Virus record (IMG/VR): IMGVR_UViG_3300020576_006930
Span: 1-64,000 of that record
Strand: one strand, 5' to 3'
Source: a virus
Taxonomy: Duplodnaviria; Caudoviricetes
Length of the DNA: 64,000 nucleotides
The notes below the pieces were generated by a model. The model was not told the DNA's origin. It did not search any database and saw only the letters and a program-made list of their open reading frames with translations. Made by a program: the position numbers and the translations under genes. Positions 33,836-45,975 of the stretch are shown here, in pieces; the stretch's first letter is position 1, and the number at the start of each line of letters is the position of its first letter.

Positions 33836-35819
33836 TCACCAGAGCAGGACATCGGACTCGTAGACATTAAGTTGGTGCCCAGGAGGGAGACGACCCAGGT
33901 GGTTCGGGTTTTTCTGCCAATTATGTAGGCCGGCGTTGAGGTGGACATCGGAGGTTATCAGTTGCGCATAGAGCCGTTTGGGGGTCAGGCCCTGGAGACA
34001 ATGGTAGGTCCAGTTGTAGCGGTAGGTACCGGTTAAAATTAGCCATAATTGGGGCCGGTCGCTTAAATAGGATAAGCGACTATCCCGCTCATACTGATTC
34101 TCTGCCTTAGCTTCCAGGAAGCGGGAAACATAAGAGGAACGGCCGGTTGGTTGATGTTTAAAATCTTGTTGAAAGACAATGGTATCATAGGCGGCGTAAT
34201 AGCTTTCCACCCCCTGGGAGACCGTATACTGGCTATGGGGTTTTAAATCCCCTGCCGCGGCGAAGGTTTCGTGGTGGATTTGCCCTTCAACCTCAAGCGG
34301 TAAATTTATGCGGAAGCCTGCGAAGCGGTCTAATTCCCTTTGGAGTTGGATGTGGAACACAGGACTATAAAAAATTCCGGTATGATACTTGCCCTGGCCG
34401 TCCTTTGTTATCTGGAGTTTTTGGGGAATATTTAAAACCAAATCCAAGGTGATCATAATAACTGGCCGCCGTTTTCCCACCACTCAATGTGGTCCGGTTC
34501 AATTTTAACAATGGTATCCCGTTTAATACTGAGCTTGCCCTTGAGTTTTATCTCCAATGGTGATTGCTGCGGATCGGGATGTTGGTACATTTGTTTTAAT
34601 TGGTCTACCGTTTGGGCAATGGTGTTGTTTTTCTTGGCCCGCACTAGGAAGCGGGCCTGAAAAAATATGCGGTCGGGGGCGCAGAGTAAAAGCGGGCCAT
34701 TGCTCTGGCACGTCCAGAGCGTGACATATAGGGGGTCGGGCCGCCAGATTGCGGTGGTTAATAGGACATCCAGCGTCCCGAAAATATCATAGACACAATG
34801 GGTTAGTTCGGCATTTAATTGTTCCAGGGTCTGGTCGTAGACCAAGCGGGATAGTAAAAGGCCGTTCGGATAGCGTTGCGCAAAATCCGGAATGGCATCG
34901 GTGCTAAAATTAACGGGGAATTCGATGGTGTTTTCGGAGTTTACTCCGGTGAGGGTTGTCGTCTGGACGAGCGGGATGTACGGGGCATAGATAATTCCGC
35001 CGTTCAAGGTTCCGGTTGCGCATGGTTGATTAGGGACATTGGGGATATTGGGGAGGGTATGGGCCGTCCGGCCATTAATGGTGACGGATCGACACTGCCG
35101 GCCATTGGGGAGTTGGCTGAAATGGGTTTTTATGGTCGGGATTTTAGTTCCGCCGTAGAAACTACTGGAGGGTGGGGTAGGCATTATTTTTTAAGTTCGT
35201 ATTTGCCGGCGACGACATCGATGCCTTCAAGTTGGACGGAGAATAAACTATCGGGATCATTTTTGGCCACCTTCATTGTCCCCCGGAAAACAAAATCGTA
35301 ATCTTCCAGGTCGACGGCTTTAGTTTGTGGTTTTTGTTGGAGGGTGCCGATGGGCAGAATGGCGATCTTTTCGGTTAGGACGCCGTTGCTTTCGATGGGG
35401 ACGCTATCCACGACGATATTTAAAAAGGTCAGAGTGACACCGGTTAATTCGGGTAGGTCAAGCCCACCATTCGTCCAATTTTTATTATTTAGCCACCACG
35501 CATGAATACCCTTCCCAATGATTTTGCCGTTGGCTAGGCTTTTGCGTTTATCGCAAAAAATGTCGGTGAAGCGATACATTTTCCACGGGATCTTTATGCG
35601 CCGGGTATAAGTGTTCGGAGTTTCATTTGTGATACTATCGCTATCCGCGAAAAGCGAGGAAGTACCCATCGTGTATGGCGCAAAGCCTCCGGAAATAGTA
35701 TTATAAGAACCGGTTATAATATAAGAGGATGACGCAGTTGCGATGGGACTGGTATTGCCAAACAAACCGGAAAAAGGATTTTTTTTGCTTGCCATAAAAT
35801 TGTGGTAATAGGTTATCAT
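33836..35819 (-). CDS. Three hypothetical ~210-240 aa genes (33836-34483, 34453-35184, 35184-35819); paralog family B
   Basis: Abutting ORFs sharing a weak C-terminal hhxG motif. Confidence 0.6.
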
Positions 35820-35852
35820 TTATCAATTTCACGCACAACATATTATATTTGA

Positions 35853-37578
35853 TTGACAACGGAAAAATCTGTGATAAAATATGGTGGTATGATTCAAAAA
35901 CCGGATGACATGGAGGACCTGTATCAGAGGATGGCAGAGATTCTTGAAGCACGCAAGGCTTCTAATTATATGAAAAATAATGGTATTCATATTGATTCCA
36001 TTGATAGATACAAATCGGAGTATGACATCAATGGCGATCTGAAAGACCTATACAATTCTTACTCTGATTATACAAAAAAGCTAAAAGAGAAAGTCGGACA
36101 TTTCTATCCTGTGACATTGCCTGTTTCCGTTACACGTCGTGCGATTCACGCCACGGAAGAAAAAATCGTGCGCGACGCAGTTAAGGTGTTTAATCAAACA
36201 ATTCCGACACCGGGGATAAACTTCGACCCCCGGGCGGTCTATTCTGCGAGCTCCATTTTGCGCCGGGCCACCTTTTGGGATTTGAATTGGAACTGGTTCG
36301 GTTCCAATACCTTCAATGTCACGGCACGTATAAGTAGTCCGGATGGCAAGGTCGAAGAAATCCCCGAAATTAAAGTGGCGGGGTCCCTAAAATTAAAAAA
36401 ATCCGCAGATCGTATCATTCAATGCGTTATTGAACGGGTTTATTTTCCAACGACAAGCCGGAACGGTTCTGAAATGACTTTACACGAAATTATATGAGCA
36501 AAACTGATAATAAACCTGATACGATGGTATTTGATAAATGGCGGAAGGCTTTGAAAAAGAAAGACGTGAAGTTGTTTAACGTACTGCCGCCGGTAACGAA
36601 GCCCGTATTTTCCTCTGATGTTTTTACTTTTTCGGAACCACCCATCAATAAAACCACCCACACGCATGTCCAGGAATGGTGGAAGATTAATTTTCCAAAA
36701 ATCGCGGAGGATTTAATTGAACCCGGAGAATTTCGGAAAAATGTCGGTCGCGCGGTATCATTGTTTATGCGGATTAATTTTCCGCTCGACATTAATCTGC
36801 CCGCCGGCGTGGTTTTCTCCGCATCAAGTATGTCCGTAAATGAGAGTGGTTATAATGTTTACCCCGTCGTCATGCTCCAGCCCACGATCACCGGCCCATA
36901 CGTCCGGGTCCAAGAATTTCTCAAACCATTTAAAACGTGGTCAGGCTTCGAACTTTATTGGAAGGGCTCATTTCTTAAAAATAAAACCACGGGAAAAATT
37001 TCCGGTATGCGTTTAACCGATTTGGCTTATAATATTCCCGATAAAATGGTTGGCGGCCAACCTGCTTCCTATACCGAGCATACTCTATTATGAGTAACTC
37101 TCCGAAAAAATCACATTGGAACCCCACCTGGGAAACGAATTACCCACCTTATTCTTCTCAGGAATCCTACTCCAAATTCAAGGCCGCTCTGGAGGAACTT
37201 GTTTTACAATCTTGTTTGGAAACGTGTACATTACCCATCGGTTTTAAAAAGCCTATGATTTTATCGGCCAGTGAAGAGAAGGTCATCCGACGTTCTCTTG
37301 AGAAGATGTTGAAAAAAATTGATGCGAAAGATTTTAAACTTGCTCCGAATTTCAAATTGGTAAAAATAGAATATACGGCCGGAGAACAAAAAGATTTACC
37401 GTTTCCCCTAATGAAATTGACGATTGGTTATCCGAAGGGTTTTAAACCGGTCAGTGGATTTTATCTATCGGGTATTTTTCAAAAAGAGCGCGCCATGCGT
37501 GAAATTGTTAAAGCCAAGATTAATTATATTGTCTACACCCTTGAGAATGGCAATGAAGTAACTTTGCTGGAGTTATAA
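35853..37578 (+). CDS. Three hypothetical genes (35853-36497, 36494-37093, 37090-37578); paralog family B
   Basis: ATGA-coupled ORFs divergent from the minus-strand trio; same C-terminal pattern. Confidence 0.6.
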
Positions 37579-37653
37579 AAATATTTTCTAATTGACAATT
37601 TTACTCTGGTCAGCGATACTTATGTCAACACTGGTATCAGTGGTAATAAAATT

Positions 37654-38232
37654 ATGACTATGAATAAAATAACTAAATTGCTCGCCGGCGGCCTGTGTGC
37701 CCTGGCGCTTACAACCATTGCGGCCTCTGCGGCAACGGTAAATCTAACAACTCCCACCGTTACTCCCACTTCCTTTTATAATGCTAAGGAATTTGGTTTG
37801 ACCGTCGGATCAGGTTATACGCTTGGTGGCGCCGATACTATTGGTGCGGCTACTTTTCAACAACCCTACTCATTCAATTTGAATGCCGGGGCCTTTTACT
37901 TTCCGTGGCGCAATCTTGGTTTTGAAGCCAGTGTGCCTTTCTATCAAACCAAAGGCGTATCCGTCAGTGAAGTCCAAGCGGGCCTGCTTTTTCGTCTGCC
38001 GCTCGCTAAAGAAACCGCGATCTTGAAGGACCTGTCTCCCTATGTTGGAGCCGGGGGAGTTTATAATTGGAACTCGGCGCAAGAATGGGCTTATATCGGC
38101 AAAGTTGGATTGGAATTCCGGATTAATAAGAAATGGGGTACATTTGTCGAAGGACAGTACCGTAATTCTGAATTTAAGAACTGGGGTTCTGGCCAATGTT
38201 CGCTCGTCGGTGGTCTACATCTAGTATTCTAA
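37654..38232 (+). CDS. Outer-membrane beta-barrel protein
   Basis: Signal peptide, alternating amphipathic strands (SPYVGAGG, VGLEFRI, FVEGQY), C-terminal Phe. Confidence 0.8.
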   Translation: MTMNKITKLLAGGLCALALTTIAASAATVNLTTPTVTPTSFYNAKEFGLTVGSGYTLGGADTIGAATFQQPYSFNLNAGAFYFPWRNLGFEASVPFYQTKGVSVSEVQAGLLFRLPLAKETAILKDLSPYVGAGGVYNWNSAQEWAYIGKVGLEFRINKKWGTFVEGQYRNSEFKNWGSGQCSLVGGLHLVF

Positions 38233-38273
38233 TTTGCTGAATAAGCAATGGTGGAAGGGCTAACCGCCCCCAT

Positions 38274-38304
38274 AAAACCCCGCTCTTCGGAGTGGGGTTT
38301 TTTC
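38274..38304 (+). terminator. Intrinsic terminator
   Basis: AAAACCCCGCTC-TTCG-GAGTGGGGTTTT followed by T run. Confidence 0.85.
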
Positions 38305-38368
38305 TTATGCGGTGAATATGCGGTGAATATGCGGTGAATAGTTAATGGGCAACATGCGTCTAATCTAT

Positions 38369-38584
38369 ATGAAACTGAAATATTTAATGGGCGGTTTAAG
38401 TTTGTTAATTTTAACGGGCTGCGCAACCGGTGGTTATGTTGCGCCCGTCGTTTATTATGACCCCTATCCCTATTGGATTGTTCCGCCGCCTGTGGTGGTT
38501 TATCGACCGTATTATCATCCACCCCATTATCGGCCTGGTCCAATTTTGCCTGCGCCCCGCGGCCGCCCGCCAATTCGGCATTGA
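38369..38584 (+). CDS. Small Pro/Tyr-rich lipoprotein
   Basis: MKLK...LILTG-C lipobox, PPPVVVYRPYY. Confidence 0.7.
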   Translation: MKLKYLMGGLSLLILTGCATGGYVAPVVYYDPYPYWIVPPPVVVYRPYYHPPHYRPGPILPAPRGRPPIRH

Positions 38585-38623
38585 CATTCTCAATTTTTCC
38601 TGTATACTTATTACTTAACGGTT

Positions 38624-39026
38624 GGGGCTGTAATGGTTTCGACCAAGTTCTTTGAGTGTTAGGAGCATGTAGAGGATGATTACTTGGCCTCTTAAAAAAT
38701 GTAATTGAAAAATCAAATGCCAAATCTCTAAACAGACTGGCCAACCTTGGATTCGCATTCAATCTGAATGCGACTGAAGTTGCTGTAGCGGCCTAATTCG
38801 GCCGTTCCGTGTTGGGTGATAATTCTCACTAATTATCCAATGCGCAATTTAGTGAGACGACTGGATGTGGTTGTAATACATTCCTGATAGGCGCCTCTGA
38901 TAGGCGCATATATTCTTCAACGACTTGTTGATTCATCCGGAGAATGAAATTCTGAATTAACTAAACATGTAGGGCTTGATACACTAAAAATTTGGCACCC
39001 GGGTTCGACTCCCGGCAGCTCCACCA
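38624..39026 (+). ncRNA. ssrA: tmRNA
   Basis: 5' GGGGCTGTAATGGTTTCGAC, 3' GGGTTCGACTCCCGGCAGCTCCACCA (G3:U70); tag ORF 38719-38796 ending VAVAA*. Confidence 0.95.
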
Positions 39027-39839
39027 CTTCAATCTTTGTAAGCCCCCTTCAAATATCTTTCCCAAACCGTGCGTATTTCTTGGGCTTGTTTATTGATTAT
39101 CACGCCCGATGCGGATAACTTACCATTTTCTGATTTACACCAATCAAATGATTCGTTGAGAATTTCTTTTAAGGCCTCATCAATAATTTCAAGAGCTTGT
39201 TTCTTATTCATTCCTGTAAATATTACTCACCAATGTCTTTTGTTTATATTTATTTGTGGATCATTATGATTAAACTTACTGAAATATGCGAATCGTTGGG
39301 AGCGGACCGGCTGGTTGCGTTGGATAAAGAATTTGCCGCCAAACCAAAAATTCCGGATTTGACCCCGGCGGAAATTCAACAAACGGTTCAACAATTTAAA
39401 ATTTTGCCAAGTGAGAAACGCCGGCAAATTGTTCGGGCTATTCAACGACCGTGTGCGTATTGTGAAAAGGAATTTAAACTGCCAACGACCGGAAAATCGC
39501 ATGGTATTTGTTTACGGCATTTTGAAGAACAATTTAAAGCTATGGGTATGAAAGCGCCAACAAAAAACGTAAAAGACGCTTCCGCTGATCTTAAAGAATT
39601 GTCTGATGCGGAAAGAAAACTGGTAGTAAATCTCTTCGCCATCTCCCGCAAACGAAAACAAAATCCGTCACCTGCGAAATAACCAATTTCTATTTTGTTG
39701 GTAATGAATAGGTTATAACTAAAATGAAAAAAGGCTTGACCTTTTCCAAAAGTATGAGATAATTATTCCCGTAATCAAGATAGTGAATTGATTATTTGAG
39801 GAACGCATCTTCAAAAAAAGAATTTTAGTTTTTGATCTT

Positions 39840-40730
39840 TGTAGCATAGAATTTACGGGGGGTATGGCCTCCATTATCATCCGCAAGGGTGGTATAAAGA
39901 TAAACCGTGGCGACACGGCCAAAGGGACACTCCCTAACGGGTGCCCACCAATTCGCAAGGATTGGACAACTATACAACTAACAAGGTCTTTAAACATCGC
40001 CCAAAAGGTTGGTGTTATGTCTGAAGTTGGGGAGAAAAATGCTGGCCCAGGGTAACTCCGCAAGCTGGCTACTAACGACGCCGACGAGCTCTATCTCCCG
40101 CTAAGCGCAACAATTAAGAATGAGACTTCAAGTTAAACATCAATGGTATGACCCGCAAGGAAACGCTTTGATGTAGTTTGAGAGAAACCGGGCACGGCTT
40201 ATACTGAGCACGGAATCTTGAAAGACGGAACGAGTACCGCAAGGAAAGGTCAGGACTGGTGTTGGATTTTGTAGACCGAAAGGCTTACGAAACAACAAGC
40301 ACCGCACCAGTTTGTTAGGTTCGAAAATAGCTCAAAAGTAGAGCAATTGTCTTTAGAACAATAGGTTGTGGTGTCAAAGCCACTTTCATTAAAAGCAAAG
40401 CCGGTGCTAATTATACTTGAAAAGGTATTAATACAGAGGCTCGCAAGAGTAACTTTGTCAATCGTAGCCCGCAAGGCGAAAGTTGTTCGTGTAGAAGTGA
40501 ACGGTGTGGTTAGCGCCACTTGTTGCTCGCAAGGTAAACGTTTGAAGAAACGCGGAATAAGGTATAGTTATGATGGAAAGGCCACCATCTAAAAATAGGC
40601 ATACCTATCAGATTCATCTTACGAGCCCCGTGTTCGGAGAATGAGGATGAAGAGGAAGGCGATCTCGCAAGGTCGTGATAATCTCTGACGGCTGATACGC
40701 AACGGTGTAATCTCAACCGAAGCACCTTCA
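39840..40730 (+). ncRNA. Large structured ncRNA, GOLLD-like
   Basis: ~0.9 kb with no credible CDS behind a TTGACC..GATAAT promoter; at least nine CGCAAG (GCAA tetraloop) sites; near tRNA/tmRNA genes. Confidence 0.6.
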
Positions 40731-40869
40731 ATTTCCTGTAAAGAAGACATTTGGAACTTTTAGTGAAATCCTTTACTTGACATTGAAATTTTCCTACCAA
40801 ATTTAGTTTTTGTGTTTTTGAACATATACTTATCATTATAAATGGTATTATATGGTGGAGGTTCAAATT

Positions 40870-41520
40870 ATGTATTGTGAATTATGTAAAAAAACACACG
40901 ACGGAAATTATGGAAGTGGAAGGTTCTGCTCACCTCAATGTTCTAGGTCGTTTTCAACCAGATATAAACGGGATGAAATTAATAAAAAAACATCAGCTAC
41001 TTTATGTCAAAAATTCGCGTGTGGAGAAATTAAACCAACGGTCGGTGGATTTAAAAAAGGATTCGACGTACGCCGTCATAAATTTTCTAAAGAAGACAAA
41101 CAAAAAAAATTACACGCTTTAAAGGAATATTATAGAAATAAAGAGTTGTCGACTCCGTTTGAATCAATGGGAATCGGAAAAAAAAGAAAATTGATTATCG
41201 TTTCACAGAACGGAAAATGTGATATGTGTGGAATTTCAAAATGGAATAACAAATGCCTAACTCTTCAGTTGGATCATATAGATGGAAATAGAAATAATAA
41301 TATACGGAAAAATTTAAGAGCATTATGCCCAAATTGTCATTCTCAGACAGATACATATTGTTCAAAAAACAAAGCGCGTTTCACTAGAAAGATATCAGAT
41401 GAACAATTGATTGGAGCATTGAAACAATCAAACGGAAATATTCACAAATCACTGAATTTGGTTGGCTTAAACAAGCGAGGGCATTACAGAGCAAAAAAAC
41501 TTTTAGATAAAATAAATTGA
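40870..41520 (+). CDS. HNH homing endonuclease
   Basis: YGSGRFCS..C; CDMCGI..WN...LQLDHIDGN..NN...NLRALCPNCHSQT. Confidence 0.9.
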   Translation: MYCELCKKTHDGNYGSGRFCSPQCSRSFSTRYKRDEINKKTSATLCQKFACGEIKPTVGGFKKGFDVRRHKFSKEDKQKKLHALKEYYRNKELSTPFESMGIGKKRKLIIVSQNGKCDMCGISKWNNKCLTLQLDHIDGNRNNNIRKNLRALCPNCHSQTDTYCSKNKARFTRKISDEQLIGALKQSNGNIHKSLNLVGLNKRGHYRAKKLLDKIN

Positions 41521-41571
41521 ATTTTTTGTATCGGTGATGTACTATTCCTGAAATCAGATATCTTTATACAT

Positions 41572-42171
41572 ATGAAAAAACTAATTCTTATCGTTCTCAC
41601 CGCAGTATCGTTATTCACAATCTCCGCCGCGGGTCAATCAACGCTTGGTGTGGTCTGGAACAGTGGTACGGGCTGGAACACAAACAGCACGATGACTTAT
41701 CTATATGTTTCCTCCAATGAGGTGTCACGGCTCAGTCCCCGAATCACTAATGCGCCTTTGGTTACGACTTACACCAATATCCCGATCACTACGAATCAGT
41801 TATATTCCATGTTCGTAACCGGAGCCGAAACGAATGCGCCCACTATTGAAAGCGATGTTTCCAATCAAATCCGGTTTCAACTGCTACCTTATGTGCGGGG
41901 GACGGCCAGCAAAACATTTACTATGTTGAGTTATACAAATGTTTCCTGGGCTAGTTTCCAACTTATCCAAGCGCCGACCAATGGTGTTCTTTCCGGAACG
42001 CCTCCCAACATTACTTACACCCCAACCAATGGCACGGGTTTCAATCGGGATCGTTTTGTTTACAAGTCTCCTGAAATGGCCGGTGGGACAAATATCACTT
42101 ACAATTACGGCATATATTTCTATTGGTTCAATTCTGCGCCGGCCCTCAGGGACGCGTTCCAGGTAAACTAA
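41572..42171 (+). CDS. Secreted T/N-rich protein with an Ig/cadherin-like (Big_9-type) segment
   Basis: Signal peptide; PTNGVLSGTPPNITYTP...D.F.Y. Confidence 0.6.
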   Translation: MKKLILIVLTAVSLFTISAAGQSTLGVVWNSGTGWNTNSTMTYLYVSSNEVSRLSPRITNAPLVTTYTNIPITTNQLYSMFVTGAETNAPTIESDVSNQIRFQLLPYVRGTASKTFTMLSYTNVSWASFQLIQAPTNGVLSGTPPNITYTPTNGTGFNRDRFVYKSPEMAGGTNITYNYGIYFYWFNSAPALRDAFQVN

Positions 42172-43971
42172 GGTTGTTGGGTTGGACATCATCCGGCTTT
42201 GTTTTAATATGATTATATCCGTGAACCCCAAATGTCCCCGGTGTAATATAGAAATGTCATATATCACTGAGGTTTATCCGTGGAGCGATGAACACTGGCA
42301 ATGCTCGGAATGTGATGGGACATATTGTATTTTTCAATTCTGTCCGGAGTGTGGGAAAGAACTGACGGCTCCGTGGGAATGTGATTGTGACAAAGTATGA
42401 AACCTGATAATAGAAAAGAATTGCGTGATGCCTTGCTCGGCCAGCAAATTACGGATGTGGTTTTCCATGACTCTCATGGATTGGTTATTGACATTGTATT
42501 AGAGGATGGCCACAAAATGTCGGTTTGTACCTATGAGGGCGATGACGCTATTCGTTCAGGATTGTTTGGGGATTTTTATGTATCACTGGATGGAAAGGAA
42601 TTATGAAAAAGAAATGGTGTAAACATATCACATGGACAACAAATAATAGCGTAGGTGTCTCATGGTGGAGATTCCATACCGTCAATAATTGTATAACGGT
42701 AGAGAATCATTGGAAGGTATGCCCGATTTGCGAGGCGGAACGCCCTACCAAGTCCAATATCGCATCGGCACGGTTGCGAGCGGCTATGGATAATGATTAA
42801 TTATGAAAGCAAGTATTCATTGTTGGGAAGAAATTAGCGCGGTTGCCTCCGTGAAGGTGACGAAGAAAGCCAAATTAAAAAGGGTAAAAGACAAGGTGGT
42901 TGGACCACATGGCATGTCTTGGCCATCAAATCCAAGAGTTTGTCAGCACAATTTTGTCCACCCAGACGACTGGGAATTTTTTAGTCTTGAAGAGGGAACC
43001 AAAACTGAGTTTGATGAATTTCTCTGTCCCCATGGTTGCTTTGAGATAAATATCAAATACAAAGGCAAATTAAAATAACTTACCAATTTCTGAAATTCAG
43101 GTACAATGATTAGAAATGACATTTCCCGATTACACATTATTCAATGACGATCTGGTCGATTTTGAACATTTGTGGTTGGATGAAATCCAATACTTCAAGG
43201 AAGTGCCTTATCATAACAATGTCCGCTCCAAAAAAGCAAAAGAATTTGCGGCAAGGGTATACGCTCTTGCCATCGAAAAACAAAAAAACAAAAACTAAAC
43301 TATGAGTAAAATCGCCATCGATGAAGTTGAAAGTGTTCTATTACAGCAAAAAGTTGATCCCTCCAAGGTCAACCAAATCGTAAAAGATTTGGAAAAGATT
43401 GTGGAAGAATTGACGGAGGAACGCAAGGCCAATGCGGAAGATCGCCAGAAATGGGAACATGTTATTATCTTGAATGACAAGGAAGGTCTGCTGAAGGGGA
43501 AGGAAATCGCCGGGTGGGTGGTCCAGCAACCTGAAGGTGAGGATGCCAATACCATTATCGCCAAGATTGAGAAGGCGGCCAAAACGCAGAATGAGGCGTC
43601 TAAACGTAAAAAGAATTGCGTCAATACTCTCATCGAAATCTTTGAAGGTCTCAAGGCAAAGTATTTGGAAAAAAAGATCCGCATCAAGACCAAGGAGTTG
43701 ACCCGGGTTGTAATCGTCAATCAATAACCTAACCAAGTATGGATGAAGAAGTTATCGCCCAAAAAATCCTTATGGCATGTGATAAACATGAACTTCGTTG
43801 TGAAGATAAGGAAACGATTATCAACTGGGCGGATCATGCCATACTGGAATATGGTTTATTGAAAAACATTGAAATGGACTTGGTGGAGATTTGTGGAATC
43901 CGCGATGGGGAAGTATTGTTTCAGTTGACTGAGACAGGTAAGCAGCACGCCTCTGAGATATTTAAAAAATA

Positions 43972-45123
43972 ATGAACATATCGAAATACTTTGGTACTTT
44001 AGCGGAGTTATTTGACAGCGATCCCCACCAAGTCCGGGCGGAAATGTACCGCTCATTTTTCGGAGGCTATTCCACTCATGCGGCGGAATACACGAAAATT
44101 CTTGTAAAAAATTTGGGTGAAGTAATTGCCGCCGTTGAGAAACGTGGGTATGTCCAGATTCATGTCCGGGATTCGGGATTTACCGATGGGCATGAAAAAC
44201 GAATCTTATATCTTATCAATCGTGAAAAACAAGCAATGGTTTGCGCGATGATCCAGGAAAAAGATATTGTGCGGGCGAAGATCTCTGATCCATTTTTTGA
44301 TCTTGACGATGAAAGAGAATATGATGGCCGGCGCTTTAATTTTTTAGCGATCCAATCTTCCTCTGTGGAAGAATACATCTGGTTCAAAAAGTTTGTTCAC
44401 GATTCAAAATTGGTGGAAGATACCAAGAACAAACTTTTTATGATGAAGAGCACGGAATACTCCGGAATCGAACTAGACCCCTTTCCGATGGAGAATGTGG
44501 TTTGTGATATTGCCTTAAACTATGGCTCGAATTTTGTAAATATTCATAACAAAGTCGTGGAGAATCTCAAAGAGAAAAACTCCGGATTATACATTTTTCA
44601 CGGCCCTCCAGGAACAGGTAAAACCTCTTATATCAAATACCTGACGACCCAGGTATCCAATCGCAGATTTATTTTGGTACCCAATGGTCTGGTGGCCTCT
44701 CTATTTTCTCCGAAGATGATCCAAAGCATTTACACTTTTAAGGATAGTGTCTTGATATTGGAAGATGCTGAGCTCTGTGTTTTTAAACGGGATGGTCAAA
44801 ATAATGAATTGGTTTCAGGAATATTAAATATAACCGATGGGCTGTTAAAAGACTTACTGAACATTTCTATCTTTGTTACTTTCAATTCCAGTAAGATTGA
44901 CGAATTGGATAAAGCTCTCTTGCGTAAGGGGCGATTGAAAACGATGTACAAGTTCGACGCGTTGGCCACCGCCGATGCGCAAAAACTGTTGAACCAACTT
45001 GGTAAAAAGCACATTGCGTCTGGTCCGATGACCTTGGCGGAAATTTATAATATTGACGAAGAAGTGGATTTGGGTGGCGAAACGGTGCCCACGGATAAGA
45101 TTATCGGTTTTGGAAAGGCGTAA
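43972..45123 (+). CDS. AAA+ ATPase
   Basis: GPPGTGKT, LILEDAE, ILNITDGLL, DKALLRKGRL. Confidence 0.9.
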   Translation: MNISKYFGTLAELFDSDPHQVRAEMYRSFFGGYSTHAAEYTKILVKNLGEVIAAVEKRGYVQIHVRDSGFTDGHEKRILYLINREKQAMVCAMIQEKDIVRAKISDPFFDLDDEREYDGRRFNFLAIQSSSVEEYIWFKKFVHDSKLVEDTKNKLFMMKSTEYSGIELDPFPMENVVCDIALNYGSNFVNIHNKVVENLKEKNSGLYIFHGPPGTGKTSYIKYLTTQVSNRRFILVPNGLVASLFSPKMIQSIYTFKDSVLILEDAELCVFKRDGQNNELVSGILNITDGLLKDLLNISIFVTFNSSKIDELDKALLRKGRLKTMYKFDALATADAQKLLNQLGKKHIASGPMTLAEIYNIDEEVDLGGETVPTDKIIGFGKA

Positions 45124-45473
45124 TATGTATTATACGATGCGCCCAGATTTATATCTCAATTCTTCTCGCCGAAATGTCATAGACGGTTATTACGACATAA
45201 TTAACGAAAAGTTTGGTTCTCTTAAAGACGCCGCTGTTTTTGCAAAATTGACTCGTGTGGCATTAAGAGAATGTAATTGGCAAGTTCACGAACATCGATT
45301 CTTAACAAAGGTGAGAATTCCGTTAAAAACTATGTTTGATATGGGACTATTTTCTGATAAAATTAGTAAGGATAATTTAGGGGAATACTATCATTGGAAA
45401 GATTAATATCGGATTGTCAAAATAACCATTGACACTTTTCTTTTCTCCTGTATACTTATTTGTAGTTAGTGAT

Positions 45474-45547
45474 GGCAGCGTAGTTCAATAGTAGAACAAT
45501 GGTTTCATAAGCCGAAGACGGCGGGGCAGTACCGCCCGTTGCTACCA
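45474..45547 (+). tRNA. tRNA-Met (CAT)
   Basis: Loop TT-CAT-AA, atypical T loop; ~18 nt after a TTGACA/TATACT promoter. Confidence 0.75.
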
Positions 45548-45556
45548 ATTTTTAAT

Positions 45557-45634
45557 GGCGCTGTAGCCCAATTGGCAGGAGGCATCTGACTTAGGATCAG
45601 AGCAGTGAGGGTTCGACTCCCTTCGGCGCTACCA
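45557..45634 (+). tRNA. tRNA-Leu (TAG), short variable arm
   Basis: TCTGA-CTTAGGA-TCAGA. Confidence 0.85.
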
Positions 45635-45648
45635 ATTTTAGTTAGAAT

Positions 45649-45725
45649 GGCATCGTAGCCCAACGGCAGGAGGCGCTTCACTCAAAACGAAGACAGTGCT
45701 GGTTCAAATCCAGTCGATGCTACCA
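45649..45725 (+). tRNA. tRNA-Leu (CAA), short variable arm
   Basis: Loop CT-CAA-AA. Confidence 0.85.
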
Positions 45726-45734
45726 AATTTTCAA

Positions 45735-45808
45735 GCCGGTGTAGTATAGTGATATTATAACGCATTGGTAATGCGATGACGGGAGTTTGATTCTCCCCGC
45801 TGGCTCCA
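45735..45808 (+). tRNA. tRNA-Thr (GGT)
   Basis: CGCA-TTGGTAA-TGCG. Confidence 0.85.
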
Positions 45809-45815
45809 ATTTTAA

Positions 45816-45891
45816 GCCGCTGTGGCTCGACCGACAAGGCGCCTCATTTGTAATGAGGTTTATGCGGGTTTAATTCCTGCCAGCGGCTCCA
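45816..45891 (+). tRNA. tRNA-Thr (TGT)
   Basis: CCTCA-TTTGTAA-TGAGG. Confidence 0.85.
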
Positions 45892-45895
45892 ATTT

Positions 45896-45970
45896 GCCTC
45901 TTTGGTGATAATGGCAGCATTTCTGTTTCGTACTCAGAAGGTATTAGTTCGATTCTAATAAGAGGCTCCA
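45896..45970 (+). tRNA. tRNA-Thr (CGT)
   Basis: Loop TT-CGT-AC. Confidence 0.8.
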
Positions 45971-45975
45971 ATTTT

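Noticed and set aside
39840-40730. rRNA fragment or RNase P RNA
   Set aside because: No universal 16S/23S signatures or RNase P GAGGAAAGUCC core were found by eye.
38229-40866. ORFs 38229-38762, 39719-40063, 39864-40055, 40250-40519, 40368-40592 and 40510-40866
   Set aside because: They overlap tmRNA or the large structured RNA and show no protein motifs.
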